From: Spongiibacteraceae bacterium | Lineage (GTDB): Bacteria; Pseudomonadota; Gammaproteobacteria; Pseudomonadales; CAMLJR01 | DNA length: 64,000 nt | NCBI GenBank assembly: GCA_047602265.1 | Contig: JASGHU010000001.1 | Coordinates: forward strand, 2,691,546 to 2,755,545 | Direction: 5' to 3' | Part shown: one piece after another, positions 1 to 8,531 of the stretch | Layout: the number at the start of each line of letters is the position of its first letter | Numbering within the stretch: the first letter of the stretch is position 1 | The notes under the pieces: model-generated | What the model was told of the DNA's origin: nothing | Seen by the model: only the letters and a program-made list of their open reading frames with translations | Database searches by the model: none | Translations under genes and position numbers: made by a program

Positions 1-96
1 CCACGAATGTTCTACACAAAGGTATTTCCAACGAAGATCGTTTGTCCTTCACAAATATAATTCATTGGAAGACGGTTTTACTCAAGGAGAAATTTC

Positions 97-336
97 ATGC
101 TCGTTCTTTCCCGTAAAATCGGCGAAATTCTCAAAATTGGCGACGATATCGAAGTCCAGATTTTGGACATTAATCGTGGGCAGGTACGCATCGGTATCAG
201 CGCGCCCAAAAGCACCAATATTGTTCGCACGGAATTACTTGATAGGCCGCGCAACCCTGAAATGCCGATACCTGTAGCGGACACTGCTTCGGATCAAAAA
301 CCTCCTGTACGTATTTTGCGGCGCCGATCTTATTGA
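97..336 (+). CDS. csrA: Carbon storage regulator CsrA/RsmA-family RNA-binding protein (79 aa, extended C-terminal tail)
   Basis: MLVLSRKIGE.L.IGDDI.V.IL....GQVRIGI.APK matches the canonical CsrA N-terminus nearly position for position. A GGAG RBS lies about 8 nt upstream. Confidence 0.85.
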   Translation: MLVLSRKIGEILKIGDDIEVQILDINRGQVRIGISAPKSTNIVRTELLDRPRNPEMPIPVADTASDQKPPVRILRRRSY

Positions 337-373
337 GGCGGAATTAACAACTCCTGCTTCCGTAAATAAATGT

Positions 374-397
374 ATTTTCGCGGACGCGAAAATTTTC
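374..397 (+). terminator. Stem-loop ATTTTCGCG-GA-CGCGAAAAT followed by TTTC, between convergent csrA and kfrA-like genes
   Basis: Perfect 9-bp stem read directly at 374-382 and 385-393, with a T-run after it. It overlaps the stop of the minus-strand gene. Confidence 0.5.
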
Positions 398-1401
398 TAT
401 GCCTCTGTTGCCAGTGGTGCTCGTAGCGTTTGCAACACCTCGTCCTGCGCAAGAAGCTGCATTTCCGCTTTCACTAATGCCACAGCCGATTGCTGATTTT
501 TGTCGAGCTGCGCCTGCAATTGTTGCTTGATTTCATTTAGCGCATGCAGCAATTCGCCTTGTTGTTGCTGTGCGGCTTGTAGTTGCGTTTCCTGTTGCAG
601 CGATTTATCGCGCCACGACATCACTGCATCTTGAGCCGCCTGATAATCGACACGCAAACCGCTGAACTGCTTGTTGAGTGATCCCAATTCCGAGACCAGC
701 CGCGCGTTATCTTTATTGAGTTGCGTAATGTCGTTCTGCTTCACGATCAGCGTTTGTTGTAATTGACGCAACTCAGTTTGAATGTGTTGAAGTTGTTGCT
801 CGTGACGACGCTGTTCTTGATCACGTTGCTCTTTGACTGATTCCCGATAGTGCTCCAACGCTTCGCGTGCGTGCTGGTGTTTTTCTTCGAGCGACTGTCG
901 GTGTTTTTCATTTTCGGCGAGCCGGTCCTGCAAATCGGCAACGTGTTGACGCAGCCGCTGTGATTCGAGTTTTTCCTGTTGCCAGGATTCGCGGTGCTGG
1001 TCGCGCTCAGTGTTCGCGACAGCCAATGCAGCGGCTGTCGTATCGAGCTGTACGCGTGCCGCCTGAAGACTTGATTGCAACGCTTTTTCCTGCTCGACCC
1101 ACTGCACGCGCTGCGCGTCATGATGCTGTTGCGCTTCGGTGACCAGCGCGCCAGCCTCTTCACGTAGCTGTGCCGCTAGTCGAGACACCAACTCTTTGAG
1201 CGTATTGCTAAGTAGTGCTTCATCATCGAGCCGTGTGCCGTGTTCTTGCTCGATTTCGCGCAAATAGCGGTGAATTGTGGACTTGGAGCCCGTATTGCCC
1301 ATCTCGGTACGTATGGCATCGATCGAGGGATTGACTCCCCGTGCCATCAAGGTCTCCCGAGCCTGCAAAACATGAGCTTTATTGATACCCCCGCGCGCCA
1401 T
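397..1401 (-). CDS. kfrA: KfrA-like DNA-binding protein (KfrA_N-type HTH N-terminus plus a long Q/E/L-rich coiled coil)
   Basis: The N-terminus INKAHVLQARETLMARGVNPSIDAIRTEMGNTGSKSTIHRYLREIE resembles the plasmid KfrA N-terminal domain. The remaining ~270 aa are heptad-like and Q/E/R/L rich. Confidence 0.65.
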   Translation of the reverse strand: MARGGINKAHVLQARETLMARGVNPSIDAIRTEMGNTGSKSTIHRYLREIEQEHGTRLDDEALLSNTLKELVSRLAAQLREEAGALVTEAQQHHDAQRVQWVEQEKALQSSLQAARVQLDTTAAALAVANTERDQHRESWQQEKLESQRLRQHVADLQDRLAENEKHRQSLEEKHQHAREALEHYRESVKEQRDQEQRRHEQQLQHIQTELRQLQQTLIVKQNDITQLNKDNARLVSELGSLNKQFSGLRVDYQAAQDAVMSWRDKSLQQETQLQAAQQQQGELLHALNEIKQQLQAQLDKNQQSAVALVKAEMQLLAQDEVLQTLRAPLATEA

Positions 1402-1426
1402 ATGAAGCTCCTATTATTTCGTACCG

Positions 1427-1452
1427 TATTACGTAATATGTATATACATATT
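1427..1452. promoter_or_regulatory. Two overlapping perfect palindromes (TATTACGTAATA; AATATGTATATACATATT) 26-51 nt upstream of the kfrA-like start. Candidate autoregulatory operator.
   Basis: Palindromes read directly from the sequence. The operator function is inferred. Confidence 0.35.
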
Positions 1453-1658
1453 ATTTTTAGAGTCTTATGTCAAGAAATAAGATGGGTTAAGACGCGGGAT
1501 AATGCGGGATTACCCCGTGATAGATATTTTTTCGTCTCCAACTCTCCCCATTTCGGTACATTTTCCTCATTCCCCCTTGAAGTGTGCGATACCGCACCCA
1601 TTACGGTTCTTGGATAGATATTAACCACCATTAATAAAGTGATCTTGGGGAGAACCAC

Positions 1659-2825
1659 ATGTTTGCGGACTTGAAGGGGCCTTCATTCGTCTTTTGGCCG
1701 GTGGGTTGTGGCGACAGCACTACCATTGCTATTTCCGATAACGAAAACGTACAAATCGATCTCAACGACAGCCTCATGGCGGAAGATGACGATAACGAGA
1801 AAATTCCATTGGTTGACGAATTGGTCGCTAAGCTCCCTCAGCGAAATGGCAGACCATATCTATCCTGCTTCGTCCTCACGCATCCCGATCTGGATCACTG
1901 CAAAGGGTTTGAGGATCTGCTCAAGCGCGTCACCATCGGCGAGCTATGGCATACGCCACGCGTATTTCGCGAATATCACAAGGACATGTGTGCCGATGCC
2001 ATTGCTTTTAGAAAAGAAGCGAAGCGCCGTGTAAAAGAATCGATTAAAGCCGGTGGCGACCCCGGTGCCGGAAATCGCGTTCGCGTGGTTGGCTACGACG
2101 ATTTATTGCAAGAGGATGACTATCGCGGATTTCCTCGAGCATTCTTTACTATCCCGGGGCAATCCATTACCACGTTGGATGGTTTAAATGTCGCTGATCG
2201 CTTTAAAGCGTTCGTGCATGCACCCTTTAAAAATGACTCCGCCGAACAGCGCAACGAAACGAGTCTAGCGCTGCAAATTGTGATCGGTGGCGATGCATCG
2301 CCCATGGCCGGTTTGTTCTTTGGGGATTTAGCTTATCCAACCTTGCGCCGCGTTTTTGATGAGTCAAAAAATAGCGGCAATCTGGATAAGCTCAATTGGC
2401 ATGTATTGCTCGCACCGCATCACTGTTCGAAAAAAGTGATGTACGAAAAAGATGCTGAGGGCAACGATATCCTTAAGCAGGATATTTTAGATGACTTCAG
2501 CAGGCGCCAATATCGCGGCGGCTTTATCGTATCGTCTTCTTCTGCGATACCCGCGTCGAATTCGCCCGGCGATAATCCACCCCATGCTAAGGCAAAAAAT
2601 CGTTATCAAGAAATCGTTTCAGGCGATTTCCTGTGTACCGGTGAATACAGCACTTCGAAAAATATGCGTCCCATCATCTTCACTGTGACCAATGCAGGCG
2701 TGGAGTTGGTGAATAAAAATTACCCGCTTTCCGAAGAGTCTAAAGCCGATTTAGCCAAAGCGGTCGCTATAGCGCGTGGCACAAATACACCACCCAATAC
2801 TAAAGTGGGATTTGGTCAAAAGTGA
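1659..2825 (+). CDS. Metallo-beta-lactamase-fold hydrolase, ComEC/Rec2-like subtype (MBL-1)
   Basis: WPVGCGDSTTI strand, then THPDLDH (nt 1881-1898) and a later APHHCS motif, which is typical of ComEC-type MBL domains. The stop overlaps the next gene start (GTGA, 2822-2825). Confidence 0.7.
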   Translation: MFADLKGPSFVFWPVGCGDSTTIAISDNENVQIDLNDSLMAEDDDNEKIPLVDELVAKLPQRNGRPYLSCFVLTHPDLDHCKGFEDLLKRVTIGELWHTPRVFREYHKDMCADAIAFRKEAKRRVKESIKAGGDPGAGNRVRVVGYDDLLQEDDYRGFPRAFFTIPGQSITTLDGLNVADRFKAFVHAPFKNDSAEQRNETSLALQIVIGGDASPMAGLFFGDLAYPTLRRVFDESKNSGNLDKLNWHVLLAPHHCSKKVMYEKDAEGNDILKQDILDDFSRRQYRGGFIVSSSSAIPASNSPGDNPPHAKAKNRYQEIVSGDFLCTGEYSTSKNMRPIIFTVTNAGVELVNKNYPLSEESKADLAKAVAIARGTNTPPNTKVGFGQK

Positions 2826-5059
2826 TATCGAGCGGCCAAGCGTGGGCGTTCGAACAACTTGAAGAAATTGCCGCTGAATCGACTGGCACTTTAGAAATTG
2901 TTGAGCGCGTGGAGAACGAAAACGGATATTTAAAAATATCCGTTTCCATCGACTGCCGTCACTATGCATGGGCTGAAGGCGGTATTCGCTTCAGGCCACG
3001 CGAACGCTTTACGATTTTCATTCCATCATTATTTCCATTAGAGATACCCGAGCTTAGTTTTTCTCACAATGACTATGCGGATTTCCCGCACGTCCAATGG
3101 AGACGTTCAATTTGTCTTTATCAATCGAAAGAAACTGAGTGGCAGCCAGATGATGGAATGTTCGGCTTTATGCAACGCGTGCACGATTGGCTTACCGCCG
3201 GTGCAACTAATCAGCTTGAGCCCATCGGTCTGCCGCTGCATCCTCCCGTTGCTTATCCGCAAGAGTCAACTATTGCCGTCGTACCGACGCAAAATACACC
3301 CACGCCACAACCGCCTTGGTGGACCGGTTATGCAAAAATCGAAAGAGAAAATGATGATTGCATTGAGTTAGGTGAATGGCTGGAGTCCAATCAAGTTGCC
3401 ATAGGCACTCGCGTTGCTCCAGCTATTTTGCTTCCTCACGAGATGCCGTACGAATATCCCACGACCGTTGCAGCGCTAAAGACCGTATTAGAAAGCCGCG
3501 GCATCTCGATAGAAGTTGTTCGCTTACTTCTTTGCTGCGGCGCGCTCCACAATACGGAGAACAAAGCGCTTATTTTTCTATTAGGCGCGGCCATGCGAGG
3601 TATAGCCGGTGGTGAACGTCGTCAGCATCTCGCTGCATGGCAAATCAAACAAGAGCACGCACTAGAATTGCGAACAGCCGTGCTCGCTGCAACAAAAGAA
3701 AATCCAGTTGATGAGCAACTGTTTCGAGAATGGACCGAGCGAGCCACGATTAATTGGTGCTCAGTATTAGAAGATCGGCCAGAAATAGTTATCCAGCGTG
3801 ATACGGGTACACCTGCGCAATTCTGGCGCGGGAAACACGTCGCGATACTCGGTTGCGGTGCTATCGGCAGCACGCTCGCGATGCTCTTAGCCCGAGCAGG
3901 CGTTGGCAAACTTCAACTTTACGATAAGGCCTTGGTAAAGCCCGGTCTTCTCGTTCGGCAATTATTCGATAGATATCAAATCGGTTACGGAAAAGCTCGC
4001 GCAACGCGCATCAATGCCCGTTATATAAACCCGAAGATTGACGTTACTGCTCATCACAAAAATATTCTCAACTTATTAAGCAGTGAAGAATCGCTAAAAA
4101 CATTATTTGAGGCAGACATTATTATTGATGCAACCGCGTCGTCTCGCATCACGGGTGCGCTGGAATTTAATTTGCGCGATCGGTTACACAGCTATCCCCC
4201 CATTTTATCGATGGCCATTGGTCACAAAGCGGATATGGGTTTAATGACGTTGGCACAGAGTGATATCGCCGGCGTTGCATACGATCTTGATCGACGATTG
4301 AAATTAGAGTTCGCGGATTCATTCAATGGTCAACATTTTTTGGATGAGTTCTGGCCCACCAATAATCGAACTCAATTATTTCAACCAGAACCCGGGTGCT
4401 CCGATCCTACGTTTATTGGATCAGCAACCGATGTTACTGTTTTGGTCAGCCGCATGCTCAATGTGGCGAGTGGATGGCTTGCCCAAAATATCAAAGATCG
4501 CGCCTACGGTTTCGGGATGTATTTATCGTCAGCGCCGCACACAACGATTGGCATCCCGCCCGAAGCGGAATATATCTGGGAGCCCGACGATATTTATATC
4601 GATGGATTGCGCGGATATCAGATACGTGTTGCACCATCGGCTAAAGCGACGATGCTGAGTTGGATGCGAAAATCTGAGCGTCGGCGCGGAATGGATTTCG
4701 AGACCGGCGGTATTTTATTCGGTCAGATCAACGATTTTCTCAAAATCATTTGGGTTACTGCGGCTAGTGGCCCACCTCCCGACAGTATTGCGAGTCGCGA
4801 TCGATTCATTTGCGGGACTCGTGGCGTCCCTCAAATGAATACGGAATACGCCACGCGGTCGCGAGGTTCCGTTTCATTTATTGGAATGTGGCATACACAC
4901 CCCGGAAATAAACCCGATCCAAGTGCCGTAGATCGAGAATCAATGGCACAACTTTTCGCAAATCCTAATTTTAAAAGCCGCCACTTTCTGATGCTCATTA
5001 TTGGCGACTCCTCGGATAAGCCATCGTTCGGGGGAAGCCTGTTTGAACGAGAACTTTAA
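2822..5059 (+). CDS. Triple-fusion E2-like / E1-like (ThiF-MoeB adenylation fold) / JAB (JAMM) deubiquitinase-like protein, 745 aa
   Basis: E2-like FPHVQWRRSICLY with candidate catalytic Cys98 (nt 3113-3115). E1 Rossmann GKHVAILGCGAIGS (GxGxxG at nt 3851-3868), IIIDATAS, and EPGCSDP Cys526. JAMM signature E627...H691-T-H-x7-S-x2-D704 (nt 4892-4933). Confidence 0.85.
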   Translation: MISSGQAWAFEQLEEIAAESTGTLEIVERVENENGYLKISVSIDCRHYAWAEGGIRFRPRERFTIFIPSLFPLEIPELSFSHNDYADFPHVQWRRSICLYQSKETEWQPDDGMFGFMQRVHDWLTAGATNQLEPIGLPLHPPVAYPQESTIAVVPTQNTPTPQPPWWTGYAKIERENDDCIELGEWLESNQVAIGTRVAPAILLPHEMPYEYPTTVAALKTVLESRGISIEVVRLLLCCGALHNTENKALIFLLGAAMRGIAGGERRQHLAAWQIKQEHALELRTAVLAATKENPVDEQLFREWTERATINWCSVLEDRPEIVIQRDTGTPAQFWRGKHVAILGCGAIGSTLAMLLARAGVGKLQLYDKALVKPGLLVRQLFDRYQIGYGKARATRINARYINPKIDVTAHHKNILNLLSSEESLKTLFEADIIIDATASSRITGALEFNLRDRLHSYPPILSMAIGHKADMGLMTLAQSDIAGVAYDLDRRLKLEFADSFNGQHFLDEFWPTNNRTQLFQPEPGCSDPTFIGSATDVTVLVSRMLNVASGWLAQNIKDRAYGFGMYLSSAPHTTIGIPPEAEYIWEPDDIYIDGLRGYQIRVAPSAKATMLSWMRKSERRRGMDFETGGILFGQINDFLKIIWVTAASGPPPDSIASRDRFICGTRGVPQMNTEYATRSRGSVSFIGMWHTHPGNKPDPSAVDRESMAQLFANPNFKSRHFLMLIIGDSSDKPSFGGSLFEREL

Positions 5060-6239
5060 CGTTAGCAGCCCATCTCTCGGGCTTGCATTGTCAGGCGGTG
5101 GTTCACGTGCCATGGCTTTTCATCTTGGTTGTCTGCGCGCACTCCATGACATGAAGCTTTTAGACAAAGTGAATGTAGTCTCAACAGTCTCTGGTGGCAG
5201 TGTCATTGGTGCCTGTTTGGCCTACTGGGATTGCGATTTTGCAGAATTTGATCGGCGTATCGTTCAATTGTTGCGCAAAGGATTCAATGGCTCCATTGCA
5301 CGCTCTGTATTTTTCAGCCGTGAAACTCTCAAAATTCTGGCAACGATTTTGTGTACTGCATTACCAACCCCTGTAATCGGTTTTACACGAATCGCATTGA
5401 GATTAATTCGCTTTGTTACTCGATTACCGACGACTGCAATCGAACGGTGGCTTGCACAACTGTCGCGTTCATTACCAATCTGGGGCAGTTTAACCACGGC
5501 GTTTGAACATGCACTGCGTAAAACGGTTTTTGACAATGCTGCGTTGGTGGATGTTAAACGGCCTGGACTAGAAGTCATTATCAATGCCTGCGATTTAAGA
5601 ACAGGCACTGCTTTCCGATTTGGTTCACGCGTGTCTGGTGGTTGGCGATATGGACGCGTCCTCAACAATGATATTTCAGTAGCTAAGGCGGTTGCCGCAT
5701 CGGCCGCATTTCCTCTTTTACTGGCACCGCTTATTGAGAATTTTCGCTTCGAAAAAAATGGAATTGAAACCGAAGAAAAAGTGATTCTTACAGATGGCGG
5801 CGTATTTGAAAATCTCGGTGTAGCTGTTCTTGAGCCAGGTAGAAATTCCGATATCAGCGTAAATAATTTCGCAGCAACTCATATCATTAGTCTCAATGCC
5901 GGCGCAGGACAAATGAGTGGCGACACCAGTCCATTTTGGTGGTTGAGTCGCGTAGCGCAATCTTTCGAGATCGTTCATCGCAAAGTGCAGGATGCTACGT
6001 ACGCGCGGTTACATCAATTTATTAAAAGTGGTGTATTAAAAGGATTTGGCATGGTTTATTTAGGCCAGATCGATGCCAGTTTGCCTTACGCGCCAGCTGA
6101 TCTCGTTAAGCGAGAAACAGTAAAAGATTACCCGACGAATTTCTCGGCTATGTCGCAAAAAGATTTGGATAATCTTGCGTTAAGAGGAGAACAGCTTACA
6201 CAAATTATCGTTGGCCGCTATTTGTCAGCAGTTCTATAG
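5001..6239 (+). CDS. Patatin-like phospholipase (start uncertain; an in-frame TTG at 5043 would still overlap the upstream stop)
   Basis: Oxyanion loop LSGGGSRA, nucleophile elbow TVSGGS (Ser64, nt 5190-5192) and catalytic Asp motif LTDGGVFENLG (Asp at nt 5793-5795). Confidence 0.85.
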   Translation: MATPRISHRSGEACLNENFNVSSPSLGLALSGGGSRAMAFHLGCLRALHDMKLLDKVNVVSTVSGGSVIGACLAYWDCDFAEFDRRIVQLLRKGFNGSIARSVFFSRETLKILATILCTALPTPVIGFTRIALRLIRFVTRLPTTAIERWLAQLSRSLPIWGSLTTAFEHALRKTVFDNAALVDVKRPGLEVIINACDLRTGTAFRFGSRVSGGWRYGRVLNNDISVAKAVAASAAFPLLLAPLIENFRFEKNGIETEEKVILTDGGVFENLGVAVLEPGRNSDISVNNFAATHIISLNAGAGQMSGDTSPFWWLSRVAQSFEIVHRKVQDATYARLHQFIKSGVLKGFGMVYLGQIDASLPYAPADLVKRETVKDYPTNFSAMSQKDLDNLALRGEQLTQIIVGRYLSAVL

Positions 6240-6278
6240 GAAAAAAATTAATCTAATACTAAGTGAAGGAGCATTATC

Positions 6279-7223
6279 TTGACTGTTCAATCGATCGATA
6301 CCCGATTTCGGGCCTATCAACTCGGTTCCGCTGGCTCTTCGTATTCGTATTTCAGTGATGGTAGGTTTGTTCTTATTGAAGGACGTTACTGTGAGAATGA
6401 ACAAAGTATCCGACAAGAGTTAAGAATATGCGGGCTTGAACGAATCAACACTTTACATATTACCTCTTGGGACCAGGACCATTGTTCACCGTCTCAAGTA
6501 AAGCGAATCCTTGAGGATCTGAAGCCTAGCAAAATTGAGTATCCGGGTTATGAGCCACATACTGATTGTGGCAAAGAAAGCTTGAAAATTATCAAAGCGT
6601 ATCAGGCTAGTAGTTCCAGGCCTCAAGTTATCGCGGTGACTCCAGAATACATCGAGAGTTTGAAGGCCGCGTCCAGTTACGGCTATCGAAACATCATGTA
6701 CTGGCCTAAAGAAATTGATACAGAAAATGCGAATAATAATTCCACGGTGAAGCAGTTTCGAAGCGGAAGCTTCAATGTCCTCAGTTTGGGTGATGTTGAA
6801 TCGACGCAAATTTCATCATACCTCAGAAGAGCGAGCACGATTAATTCTGAGGTCGACGTTATGATCATGGCTCATCATGGTGCTGATAATGGTTTTACAA
6901 CTTCCACGTTTCTGAAAATTGTGAGGCCGACTCTCGCTATTGCTACTTCAAATTATGGAAATCATTTTGATCACCCGAAGCCAGAAATAAGAGAGCTTTT
7001 GCATAAACATGATGTGCATTTATTTACCACCAAAACTGGTGATGTGATTGTGAGGTCTATAGGAAAGCACACAGGTCAGTATGAGGTTATCAATCTCAAA
7101 GCAGGAAGTACGGAAGTCTCAAGCCGTTATGTGGGCAATGCTAGAAAGGGAAAGTATCTAAGCAACAACGAGGACACTTTGCGAGATCGTAGGACAACAC
7201 ACAATAAAGGGCCAAGGCGTTGA
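6279..7223 (+). CDS. Second metallo-beta-lactamase-fold hydrolase, ComEC-like subtype (MBL-2), TTG start
   Basis: HITSWDQDH (nt 6456-6482) and MAHHGADNG motifs. A strong GAAGGAG RBS lies 7 nt before the TTG. By eye, the gene is more AT-rich than its neighbours. Confidence 0.7.
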   Translation: MTVQSIDTRFRAYQLGSAGSSYSYFSDGRFVLIEGRYCENEQSIRQELRICGLERINTLHITSWDQDHCSPSQVKRILEDLKPSKIEYPGYEPHTDCGKESLKIIKAYQASSSRPQVIAVTPEYIESLKAASSYGYRNIMYWPKEIDTENANNNSTVKQFRSGSFNVLSLGDVESTQISSYLRRASTINSEVDVMIMAHHGADNGFTTSTFLKIVRPTLAIATSNYGNHFDHPKPEIRELLHKHDVHLFTTKTGDVIVRSIGKHTGQYEVINLKAGSTEVSSRYVGNARKGKYLSNNEDTLRDRRTTHNKGPRR

Positions 7224-7383
7224 GTTCATTAAAGAGCTAATATTTAACGCCACACCGGCCGTAAGTCGGGCAAAGTGGCCTATCGCTATCTAAGAAGCCT
7301 TATGGTTATTGCGGCAGCTATTCGATTGACGATCTTGCGGAATCGACCGGTTCCGTTAGTATAAAGGCAACCAACGCGCTTTC

Positions 7384-7770
7384 ATGACTATGGCTTATTC
7401 AACGTTCCGTAGATACATCGCTTACTTGTTGCTTGCGCTGCTCCCCTTTCAGGCGGCGGCAGCGAGCCGGTTAGCTTTGTGTGCCCATACGACGAACTCC
7501 TCCCATCCAGCTATGGAGGCAATGGATCATTGCGCGTCCATGGCAGCCGCTTCTGCTTCGGGTTCTAAGACGCAAACACCGTCGCAACCTGCGGGAAAAT
7601 CCTGCTGGCTCGGTTCTATCTGCATAGCCGGTGTTGTCGCAGCTGCGCTCCCCATGAAACAACAGTCCGCGCCGAGCGAGCGCACCGCAATTAGCTATAC
7701 CTCCTCCATACCTGTGCAATACCGCTCCATCATCCTCGACGACCCTCAGCGTCCACCAACAGTTCTCTGA
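7384..7770 (+). CDS. Secreted Cys/His/Met-containing small protein, possibly of the CzcI/DUF2946-like metal-island type
   Basis: Signal-like N-terminus (LLLALLPFQAAAA), then CAHTTNSSHPAMEAMDHC, with a C-terminal ...PQRPP motif. The family assignment is tentative. Confidence 0.4.
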   Translation: MTMAYSTFRRYIAYLLLALLPFQAAAASRLALCAHTTNSSHPAMEAMDHCASMAAASASGSKTQTPSQPAGKSCWLGSICIAGVVAAALPMKQQSAPSERTAISYTSSIPVQYRSIILDDPQRPPTVL

Positions 7771-7839
7771 CAACGATTGCAATCTCGCGCATGCACCGTC
7801 TGCGGTGCGTGTGATGTTTTCATTGTCTGGAGAATGACT

Positions 7840-8514
7840 ATGGTCACTCGAAAAACATCACTTCGGCGCGCGCCGAAGTGGTTGCTTCCTTTGCTATATC
7901 TGCCGCCAATTGCCTTGGCCGGTCCTATGGGATTTCAGGATTCCTGGATGACGATGGGCGATATCGGTCCAAACTGGCGAGAAGTATTCGTCAACTATGC
8001 GGTGACGCCGCGTGATGCTATCGGTATTTCGCAAACCTATATGCGAGCCGATGACGATAGCCGCTCGCGTGATCTGACCGAAGTGACGTACACGCGGTTA
8101 TTACATCGTTGGAACCAACCCGAAGCACAGGCCAATTTATGGTTTGTCGGCGGTATTGGTGATTTGCGCCGATACGATCGAGACACTGATCGGCGATCGA
8201 ATCAAACAGCGATTTCACCGGGCATTCAAGCGGATTACGAAACGACGCGTATTTATTTTTCTGCAATGCATCGACTCTATCGCGCGTCCGATCTTAATCA
8301 CGACTACAGCGCTGTTCGCGCTGGCTTTTCATTTTACGAATCGCATTACGAACAAACACAGCCGTGGTTGATCGTTGAAGCACGTTCAATGAATGGCCTC
8401 TCGGACAGTATTGAAGTCACGCCGATGATACGGCTGATTAATCGCAATTATTTCGTTGAAGCAGGTGCCAATAATTTTGGTCAGCCGCGCCTTAACTTCA
8501 TGTATATCTATTAA
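7840..8514 (+). CDS. Putative outer-membrane beta-barrel protein (start moved to the ATG at 7840, after the GGAGA RBS)
   Basis: Signal peptide (KWLLPLLYLPPIALAGP), an alternating hydrophobic/aromatic pattern and the C-terminal ...LNFMYIY aromatic terminus typical of OM barrels. Confidence 0.4.
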   Translation: MVTRKTSLRRAPKWLLPLLYLPPIALAGPMGFQDSWMTMGDIGPNWREVFVNYAVTPRDAIGISQTYMRADDDSRSRDLTEVTYTRLLHRWNQPEAQANLWFVGGIGDLRRYDRDTDRRSNQTAISPGIQADYETTRIYFSAMHRLYRASDLNHDYSAVRAGFSFYESHYEQTQPWLIVEARSMNGLSDSIEVTPMIRLINRNYFVEAGANNFGQPRLNFMYIY

Positions 8515-8531
8515 TTGATGAGGAATTTTTC

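Noticed and set aside
747-1163. Alternative-frame ORFs (138 aa on the minus strand, 91 aa on the plus strand) inside the kfrA-like gene.
   Set aside because: They are nested in the coiled-coil-encoding repeat-like region. The KfrA frame has a recognisable N-terminal domain and a continuous heptad pattern.
1659-2825. MBL-1 as a divergent CD-NTase/Pol-beta nucleotidyltransferase, which would make the cassette an ordinary type II CBASS.
   Set aside because: The N-terminal GCGDST strand followed by HPDLDH and later HH motifs fits the MBL fold (ComEC-type), not the G[GS]x9-13[DE]x[DE] Pol-beta signature. No other ORF in 1-7300 fits a cyclase.
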